A stretch of DNA of 64,000 nucleotides from Longimicrobiales bacterium (GTDB taxonomy: Bacteria; Gemmatimonadota; Gemmatimonadetes; Longimicrobiales; Gaopeijiaceae). Shown in pieces: positions 57,012 through 64,000 of this stretch. The notes under the pieces were generated by a model. That model did no database searches. It saw only the letters and a program-made list of their open reading frames with translations, and was not told the DNA's origin. The position numbers and the translations under genes were made by a program. Where the stretch lies: assembly GCA_965202985.1 (NCBI GenBank), contig CBDBCF010000002.1:512001-576000 (forward strand), read 5' to 3'. Every line of letters starts with the position of its first letter. Within the stretch, counting starts at the first letter, position 1.

Positions 57012-58213
57012 CGGGGCGCGAGCTGGGATGCGACTTCGCCCAGTGCGGCGGCCGCGTCGTCCAGCTGGGCGTCGGTCACGTAGGGGGCCGGCCCCAGACG
57101 GAGCAGGCTGCCCCGATGGTCCACGTAGACGCCCCGCTCGCGCAGAAGGCGGACGAAGTCGGCGGCGAACGGGGTCTCCAGCACGAGAAAGCCGCCCTTG
57201 CGATCCAGGGGGACGGCACGGTCGCGGGAGAGCACGGCGGGGTCCAGGTCTAGGGCGTCTACGGCGGTGGCCAAGCGGCGAATCTGGGCCAAGTTGGATG
57301 CGCGAAGGCGGTCGGCGGTCAGGCCGTGCTCCGCGAAGAACTGGAAGACGGCGGCGGCGCGGTAGTGGCTGACGGGGTCGTAGGTCGCGCCCGCGAAGCG
57401 CACGTGGCCGGTGCCGTAGCGGACCGGAGGGCTGGGCCGGGCCAAGCCGCCCTCGGACTCTGGCGCAGGCGCTTGGGCCAGCGTGCCGAACTCGGCGAAC
57501 CAGCCCGTGAGGACCGGGCGCAGGGCGCACTCGGCGGGAAACCGCAAGAAGCAGTTCCCTTCCCCGAGCTGACAGTACTTGTAGCCGCCGCCCACCACGA
57601 ACGCGCTGCCCAGCCCCGTCTCGCGCACCGAGAACGGTACTGCCGCCAAGGAGTGGTAGGCGTCCACGAGGAGCTCGGCGCCGACCTGCGCGCAGGCATC
57701 CGCCACGCGGCCCAGCCCATCGACGATCGTCGCGTCCCGGAAGAGGACCGACGACACGAGAACCGCGGCCGTTCGCTCGTCCACGGCGCTCCCCAGCCGG
57801 TCGGCCACGCCCGCGTCCCCGCTGCTCAACGTCGCGACTTCGACGCCTTCCTCGCGCAACCGGCCCAGCTGGCGGCGGATCGTGCGAAACTCCCCGTCGG
57901 TGGTGACCAGACGCGGACGCTCGCGCAGGGGCAGCGCGGACAGGAAGCGGACCACGAGCTCGTGCGTGTTCTGGCCGAGGGCGATGTGGCCGTCCGGGTC
58001 GTCCAGAAGCCGCCGGAAGCCGGCCCGCACCTTGTCGGCCATCGCGAAGGCGCGGTCCCACTTGTCGTCCACCAGCTCGGCCGCGTCCAGCCACGCCTGC
58101 TGCTGGGCGTCGAAGCCCACGTCGGGCCATGCTTGGTGCGAGTGGCCCGTAAGCAGGACCCGCTCCCCGACTCGGAATCGGGCGTAGCGGCGGGCCAGGT
58201 CCTCAGGCCGCAC
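57008..58213 (-). CDS. kynU: Kynureninase-like class V PLP enzyme
   Basis: LLTGHSHQAWPD, DKW, TDGEF, DAYH, GGGYKYCQLGEG, GWF, LRLGPAPY. Confidence 0.8.
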   Translation of the reverse strand: MRPEDLARRYARFRVGERVLLTGHSHQAWPDVGFDAQQQAWLDAAELVDDKWDRAFAMADKVRAGFRRLLDDPDGHIALGQNTHELVVRFLSALPLRERPRLVTTDGEFRTIRRQLGRLREEGVEVATLSSGDAGVADRLGSAVDERTAAVLVSSVLFRDATIVDGLGRVADACAQVGAELLVDAYHSLAAVPFSVRETGLGSAFVVGGGYKYCQLGEGNCFLRFPAECALRPVLTGWFAEFGTLAQAPAPESEGGLARPSPPVRYGTGHVRFAGATYDPVSHYRAAAVFQFFAEHGLTADRLRASNLAQIRRLATAVDALDLDPAVLSRDRAVPLDRKGGFLVLETPFAADFVRLLRERGVYVDHRGSLLRLGPAPYVTDAQLDDAAAALGEVASQLAPR

Positions 58214-61200
58214 CGGCGGCGGCCCGTTGGCCGAGGATGATCGAGATGTAGTCGTATTCGTCCGTGCGCTCCGGAAAGACGATGTGGGCCTGCGCAAATC
58301 GCTCGCGCGTCCACGTGCCGTCGTCGTACGACCGGCGCAGATCCTCGTAGGGCGTGTTCGAAACAATGTAGGAATCCAGGGAGACGTTCTTCGTCCGGGA
58401 CCGGGCGGCGGCGTTGCGCGCCAACGCGGGCAGGCGCTCGTGCAGGCGGGCCTTGTCGTCGTGCCGATACGCCCGCGCGTGGACCATGCCGTGGGGCTCC
58501 ACGAACACCACCCGCTGGGCCGGCCCTTCCTTGATCCACAGGATGAAGTCCGGGTAGAAGCCGCGCGTGTCGAAGAAGCCGATTCCCCTGCCCTGCGTCA
58601 GGTTTCGCAACAGGAAGAGCTCCCTGCCCCTGCCGAAGTCGTCCACATGCGCTCGACACCGGGCACGCAGGTCTTCGACGAACTGCGCTTCGCCGGCGTT
58701 GAGCCCCGGAGGCGTGGTCTGGATGCGGGCGTCCCGATCGACCAGCAGCGGCTGATACAGATGCCGGTCGAAGTAGATGCCGGGCAGGTCCGCCGTGGCC
58801 GTTCGATAGATGCGATCGCCTTCCGCGATCAGCTCCCGTATCGCTTCCACCAGCGCCGTCTCGCCGCGGGGCACACGAACCGCGTAGCGGGGGAAGTTCG
58901 CGTCCCGCTCGCTCACCTTGTCGTACACGACCTGCTCGGTGTCCCACCGCTCGCGACGAACGCGGCAGAACTTGTCCACGTACTTCTTCAGAACCGTCAG
59001 CACGACATCTTCGAGAAGCTGCATGTCCTCGACGCTCGTTGGGACCGAAACGTGTTCGTCTGCGATCAGGTCGTAGAGCCCGCGTCCTTCCTCCGATTCG
59101 ACGATCCTCCTTGTCGCTTGGGAGTCGAGAGCAAGGTTCGCCAGCCCCTGGCCGTCCGCATACTCGACCAGCTCCAGGTGGACCTTCTGCCAGTCGACCA
59201 GGGCAAGGCTCGTTGCCGGGATCGACTGGGACTGCCCCGACCGGGCGTCGCGGTCCCTAATGCCGTCTTCGTCGGCGTCCAACGTACGCACGCGCACGGA
59301 CTTGTCCACGCGCACCCGGATCGCATCGTCGCGCTCGAGAAACACGTCCTCCTCGTCCACAAAGGAGCGTTCGTCGGGCATCCGGGGAACGAGCAGGCCC
59401 CGGTCCAGGAACGCGCGGTTGGGCTTCGCGTCCAGGCGAAGCTCCACCACGTCCCGCGTGTCCACGCCCTCCTGCTCCAAGTAGTTGCGGAACTGGAACA
59501 TGTAGTCGGCGCGGACGGCGAAGATGTCCAGCGTTTCCAGGAGCTTCACGTCGGGCGGGTGCTCGCCGTCCAGAGCGGAGCTCCGCTTGAGACCGAAGCC
59601 CTTGCCGCGCAGACGGACCCCGCGTCCGAAGAGCTGGATGATCTGCGACCCCTCCGTGCGACCGATGTTCATCAGCCCCATGTTCGCGACCCGCCAGGAG
59701 TTCCAGCCCTCCATGAACTTTCTGGCGCCGACCAGGACGTTGACGCCGCCCTCGGGGTCGGCGATGCCCTCGAAGAGCGAGTCGCCGACGACGTCGTGCT
59801 CGAAGACGAAGCCGGGGTCGTCCTGCCGGGCAAGCTTGACGAACGCTCCGACGTCGCCGATGTAGATCACGCCGAAGCAGCGGTCGGCCGTGCTCGCCCG
59901 AAGGCCGATCTCTCCCCGGCTGCCGCGCATCGACCCCAGGTGAAGGCCGCCCGAGGCCGATGCGTGAAACACTCGCGCCAATACGTCTCGATACAGGGCC
60001 TCTGCCGACAGACCGTCCTCGCGTAGGGACGCGAACCTGTCCGCGAACACGTCCCGTCCGTCGGCTCTTCGCAATCCGCTGTCGCCTTCCAGAAGCCTGG
60101 ACGCCGTCTCGACCGCCCAGCCGTCTGGGTTCGCGAGCACGCGGTGGAAGAAGCGAGCCACCGTCAGCACGTCGCTTCTCTTCTGCTTTCGCAGGGAGTA
60201 GACGGCGTTGACGGTGCCCCCGACGAACACCCACAGCGGATGCTCGAGGTTGTAGGGTCGAATCGCGGGCTCGTGCTCGTCGAAGGCCCGCATCTGCTCG
60301 TAGAACGACAGCAGGTTGCCGAGGAGCAGCGTGTCGGTCGCGTCCTGCTCCCGTTCCTCTTGCAGGTTCAGGATGCGGAAGTCCTTGCCGTATCCGTCGC
60401 TGTGGAAGTACCGATACGAGTAGTCGAAGCCGATCGACTTGCCGTACTCCGCCGTCAGCTTCTGGTTTCGCGCCGACGCCAAGGCTTGGCCGAAGGTGGC
60501 GCTGTACTCGAAGGTGAAGCCGCCCTTCCCGACCGCTTCGCGCGCCCTTCGCCACGCCTCGCCGCCCGTGCCTCGGTGCCCTTCGTCGACAAAGACCAGG
60601 TTGGCGCCCTCGAACGCCTCCACGGGGACGCTGGCGCCGCCGCCCCGCTTCTTCTCGACGAGCTTGGTGATCTCGACCACCTGCACCGTGTCCCTGTCGA
60701 GCGCCAGCAGGCCGCTGTCGTCGAGGTCGAAGCGCCGGCACGGGATCCCCGACGCGCGCATCTCGGCGATGTGCTGGCGGGTCAGGCCCTCGTTCGGCGT
60801 GACGAGCACGATGTTGTCGAGCGGCCGAGCGTTGTAGTGCAGGAACTGGCGGTAGTTGACGTGCATGATCAGCGTCTTGCCGCTGCCCGTCGCCATCCAG
60901 TAGGCGAGTCGGCGAAGGTCCGACGTTTGCATCGTCGGAAATCGGTCGTCGTACGTCTTGTACTGGTTGCGCTTGTAGGCCGCCTCGTTCAGCGACTCGA
61001 CCAGATCCGCGGGACGCCGAAGGGCCCAGTCCAAGTAGAGCTCCGTGTACAACGCCGCCGCGTGCTGAAAGTAGCGGAACACGATCGGGCGGCCACGGCC
61101 CGCGTTCACGGCTCGCAGGTGGGCCCGAATGTTCTGGTCGTAGCGGACCAAGTCCTCCAAGGGCGCCTTCGCGCGCCGTCCCCGCGACTCCAGACGTCTG

Positions 61201-61355
61201 TGGACGTAGCTCCTTCCGGTGTCGTCGTAGCCTTCCGCGCACTCCTTCAAATCGGCTAGCATTTCTTGGTTCGTCTTGTAGCCGAACTGCTCGTGAAGCC
61301 ACGCGAGAAGAACCAGCCGCCGATCCAGCTTGGTCTTCGAGGTCCGCTTCGTCAC
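58203..61355 (-). CDS. res: Type III restriction enzyme Res subunit (SF2 helicase + PD-(D/E)xK nuclease)
   Basis: MATGSGKT, VFVDEGH, EYSATF, KFMEGWN, QLFGRGVR, FYPDFILW..FVEPHG. Confidence 0.9.
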   Translation of the reverse strand: MTKRTSKTKLDRRLVLLAWLHEQFGYKTNQEMLADLKECAEGYDDTGRSYVHRRLESRGRRAKAPLEDLVRYDQNIRAHLRAVNAGRGRPIVFRYFQHAAALYTELYLDWALRRPADLVESLNEAAYKRNQYKTYDDRFPTMQTSDLRRLAYWMATGSGKTLIMHVNYRQFLHYNARPLDNIVLVTPNEGLTRQHIAEMRASGIPCRRFDLDDSGLLALDRDTVQVVEITKLVEKKRGGGASVPVEAFEGANLVFVDEGHRGTGGEAWRRAREAVGKGGFTFEYSATFGQALASARNQKLTAEYGKSIGFDYSYRYFHSDGYGKDFRILNLQEEREQDATDTLLLGNLLSFYEQMRAFDEHEPAIRPYNLEHPLWVFVGGTVNAVYSLRKQKRSDVLTVARFFHRVLANPDGWAVETASRLLEGDSGLRRADGRDVFADRFASLREDGLSAEALYRDVLARVFHASASGGLHLGSMRGSRGEIGLRASTADRCFGVIYIGDVGAFVKLARQDDPGFVFEHDVVGDSLFEGIADPEGGVNVLVGARKFMEGWNSWRVANMGLMNIGRTEGSQIIQLFGRGVRLRGKGFGLKRSSALDGEHPPDVKLLETLDIFAVRADYMFQFRNYLEQEGVDTRDVVELRLDAKPNRAFLDRGLLVPRMPDERSFVDEEDVFLERDDAIRVRVDKSVRVRTLDADEDGIRDRDARSGQSQSIPATSLALVDWQKVHLELVEYADGQGLANLALDSQATRRIVESEEGRGLYDLIADEHVSVPTSVEDMQLLEDVVLTVLKKYVDKFCRVRRERWDTEQVVYDKVSERDANFPRYAVRVPRGETALVEAIRELIAEGDRIYRTATADLPGIYFDRHLYQPLLVDRDARIQTTPPGLNAGEAQFVEDLRARCRAHVDDFGRGRELFLLRNLTQGRGIGFFDTRGFYPDFILWIKEGPAQRVVFVEPHGMVHARAYRHDDKARLHERLPALARNAAARSRTKNVSLDSYIVSNTPYEDLRRSYDDGTWTRERFAQAHIVFPERTDEYDYISIILGQRAAAGAA

Positions 61356-64000
61356 GACGCGCCCCCCGACCGGAACATGCGCCTCTTGAAGAGCGGGTCC
61401 AGCGCCGTCGCTTCGCGGATGAGAGAGCTCCCGTTCACAAACACTTGGTCGGCCCCGTTGACGAATCCCTGGGCTGCCACGAACTCCTTGTCCCGGACGA
61501 AATCCGCCCTGCCCCAACCCTCCGTGTCCCGCCAGATCACGACAATCCGCCGCCTATTGACGGTTCCGGTTTGCACAAGGTACCGCCGTCCGTCGTCGTG
61601 GTGGACGCGGCGCGTCGCCACGCGAAGGCCCAGCAGGTAGGCGAACGTCTCCGGGAGGTCCGCGACGACCTCGCGCACTTGGCCGTTCGCCCCCGCGCGA
61701 AGCATGTACGAGAACGGCTTGTCCAGATCGAACACGTTCAAGAGCGTCGCGCTGTCCTTCGTCTCCCACCGGAGCATGTACCTGAGGACGTAGCCATCGA
61801 GCTCCAGCGCGCGCTGGCCCGCCTCGCCGTCGAAGCTGATGTTGCTCAGCGCGTCCTCGTAGCTCTCGATCCGCACGTACTTGACGACCTGCGGCCCCCT
61901 TTCCGCTTCCTCGGGCGTCGCCGCGCGCTTCGGCTTGCCGTCCTTCCACTCGGGCGCGAAGACGACCTTCTTCAGCCGAGGCAGCAGCATCTGGTCGAAG
62001 TACTCCCCCATCTCGACCAGAACGAACCGCCGGGCGCCCCCGTCGCGGCGGTTGAGGTCGACGACCGCGTGAGCCGTGGTGCCGGATCCGGCGAAGTAGT
62101 CCAGCACCGTTCCGTCGTGACGGGCCAGCAGCACGGCGCACCGGTCCACGAGCTGCGTCGGCTTGGGCTTGATCTCGTCGATCAGCCCCCTCATCTCGCC
62201 GTTTCCGAAGAGGTTCAGCAAGAGCTTGGTGGCGTCGGTCGTCGTCTTCACGTCGTCCCACAATGTCGTAGGCACCATGCCCTTGGCGCGCGCGTGCCGA
62301 AGGTAGCGCTTGCACATCGGCTTGGCCTCGCCCGACCGCCCGAACACAATCTGGCCGGCAGCGAGCAGCCGCTTCGTCTTGGCCGCGTCGAACCGCCAGT
62401 GGCGGCCCTCCGGCGGCCAGTGCTCCTCGCCCGTCTCGGGGTTGACGATCGGGTAAAGCAGGTTCTCTCGGACGTTGGGCGCGTCCATGGGGTCCAGGAC
62501 CCAAGGCCCCTGGGGATCGTCGTCCGGGTTGGAGAACTTCAAGTCGACGTGCGGCAGTCTGAACTCCGTCTTCTTGGACTCCAGGAACGTCCTGTCGGCC
62601 GCGAAGAAGGTCGTGTGGTTGGTGGAGATCGAGATCAGCGCGTCGTTGGACACCGACTTGCGACTGTTCCAGATGACGTCGGCCACGAAGTTCTCCCGGC
62701 CCCACGTCTGCTCTAGAACCCCTCGCAACACGGCGTATTCCCCGTCGTCGGTGCTGACGAAGATGCCCGCGCGCTGGGAAGCCAGCCTCCGCGAGGCGGC
62801 CAAGCGGTCGTTCATCATCGACAGCCACGAACTGTGTCGATAGTTGTCCTTGTAGACGAACTTCTCGTTCTGGCCGGTGTTGTAGGGCGGGTCGATGTAG
62901 ATGCAGTCCACTTCGTCTCTGTGCCGCTCCTCCAACAGGCCGAGCGCCTGCCAGTTCTCGCCGTGCACCAACGTGCCTGCGGTCATGCCGTCCAGGTCCT
63001 CCCACGACCCGAGAAGCCGGTCGACGAACGACTGCGAGAAGTGCCGCGTGTCGAGAACGAGCGTCGGATGCCGCCGGAGGAAGGCCAGCCGCGCGTCCGC
63101 TTTGTCCTCTTCGTCCACGAACAGCAGCTCGCGCCACTCGTTCCACTGTTCTTCGCACTCGGCGATCTCCGGGTGGAACGCCTCGCCTATGCACCTCAGG
63201 GTGACGCAGTACTGGGTCTCCGTTACGAACTTGCGCTTCTCCCACAGCATCTTCTGAAAGGACTCGATCTGGTCCAAGAAGTCGATGATCCTGTGGCCCA
63301 CGGTTCCGATCACGCGCACCGTCTGAAACCAGCCTTCCGATCTTTCCTCGCCGGCCGTCAGGACGTTCGCTACGTTCATGACTTCGTTCTTGAGGTAGAA
63401 GTCGAGCTCGTTCGTCAAGAACCTTTTCAGGTCCTTGTGAACGAAGTAGTCCGACGTGTTGCGCCTCGTGTACTGCCGAAGGTGATGCTCGAGAATCGTG
63501 ACCACTTCCCCGCTGGCCCTGGTCCGGCGCTCCGCGGTCAGGGCGGCGTGCGCGCGCGCAGCGTTGCTCGTCTTCGTCAGGTGTTCCGGTATCGCGACGA
63601 GCGCGCGAGCAATGATCTCTTCCTGCGCGCCGTTGACGCCCTTCTTGCCGTTGCCGAGGCTCTCGTCCTTCGTCAGCGGACGGTATTCGAACGGAATCGC
63701 AAGGTGGGAGGCTTGGTCGTCCCATGCGATCTGGTCGATCCGAGGCACGAAGAAGCGCCGGTCGCCCTTGATGTTGTCCTGTTCGACGTCGGCGGCCGCC
63801 AGGCGGAAGGCGACGCTGACGCCCTTGGCGTTGAATGCGTAGTCGCGGAATACCTCTGTCGTCTTGACGTAGTACTGATCCTTGTTGGACCAGTGCAGAA
63901 GAACCTCTTCGCCGTTGTACGGGACCGCGTAGCGCTGGCGCATCGAGTACCGGCGCTGGGACATGAAGTCGCCGCGGTCGTAGTACCGGCCGAAAAAGGT
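61352..64000 (-). CDS. mod: Type III RM Mod subunit (DNA methyltransferase), 5' end outside the window
   Basis: CIYIDPPYNTG, SSWLSMM..RL, PKP, LDYFAGSGTT, LVEMG, IESYEDAL. GTGA overlap with res; frame open to the window edge. Confidence 0.92.
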   Translation of the reverse strand, partial: TFFGRYYDRGDFMSQRRYSMRQRYAVPYNGEEVLLHWSNKDQYYVKTTEVFRDYAFNAKGVSVAFRLAAADVEQDNIKGDRRFFVPRIDQIAWDDQASHLAIPFEYRPLTKDESLGNGKKGVNGAQEEIIARALVAIPEHLTKTSNAARAHAALTAERRTRASGEVVTILEHHLRQYTRRNTSDYFVHKDLKRFLTNELDFYLKNEVMNVANVLTAGEERSEGWFQTVRVIGTVGHRIIDFLDQIESFQKMLWEKRKFVTETQYCVTLRCIGEAFHPEIAECEEQWNEWRELLFVDEEDKADARLAFLRRHPTLVLDTRHFSQSFVDRLLGSWEDLDGMTAGTLVHGENWQALGLLEERHRDEVDCIYIDPPYNTGQNEKFVYKDNYRHSSWLSMMNDRLAASRRLASQRAGIFVSTDDGEYAVLRGVLEQTWGRENFVADVIWNSRKSVSNDALISISTNHTTFFAADRTFLESKKTEFRLPHVDLKFSNPDDDPQGPWVLDPMDAPNVRENLLYPIVNPETGEEHWPPEGRHWRFDAAKTKRLLAAGQIVFGRSGEAKPMCKRYLRHARAKGMVPTTLWDDVKTTTDATKLLLNLFGNGEMRGLIDEIKPKPTQLVDRCAVLLARHDGTVLDYFAGSGTTAHAVVDLNRRDGGARRFVLVEMGEYFDQMLLPRLKKVVFAPEWKDGKPKRAATPEEAERGPQVVKYVRIESYEDALSNISFDGEAGQRALELDGYVLRYMLRWETKDSATLLNVFDLDKPFSYMLRAGANGQVREVVADLPETFAYLLGLRVATRRVHHDDGRRYLVQTGTVNRRRIVVIWRDTEGWGRADFVRDKEFVAAQGFVNGADQVFVNGSSLIREATALDPLFKRRMFRSGGAS

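Noticed and set aside
51510..64000. Prophage, ICE or IS carrying the defence genes
   Set aside because: No integrase, transposase, tRNA or terminal repeats were recognised in the window.

Overview
This is a very GC-rich bacterial chromosome segment. Gene content and order suggest Gemmatimonadota, but that is an inference, not a database result. About 50 kb is housekeeping backbone: recA-alaS-hypothetical-PHP phosphatase-SDR-cca-rarA; ccmE-F-(Zn ribbon)-A-B-C-D; glmM-glmS-maf-glpK; metB-like-M48-purD-ybjQ-mutM-M16 pair; ubiE/menG; an ECF sigma/anti-sigma envelope operon; nifU-mrp; pruA; lepA with a STAS/kinase pair; and a TonB-dependent receptor. Three accessory blocks interrupt it. (i) A compact flavoprotein / VTT-DUF547 / fused TIGR04283-TIGR04282-like cluster of the arsenosugar or 'rSAM-selenodomain' type (7.9-12.4 kb). 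(ii) A Cys-rich exported protein coupled to a beta-propeller gene (12.4-14.4 kb). (iii) A defence-rich end (51.6-64 kb): a lower-GC Menshen-like DUF262/ABC-ATPase/third-gene operon, an Mrr-N-only winged-helix gene, an orphan DNA methyltransferase, kynureninase and a type III restriction-modification system. The most striking unexplained signal is that the DUF262 protein and the Mrr-N-like protein both begin M-x5-TDIYGN followed by P-x-x-R-[ED]-L-Y, with an identical 15-bp DNA word at the same codon position. No rRNA, tRNA, CRISPR array or transposase was recognised. Start codons were refined by eye; all product calls rest on motif recognition only.
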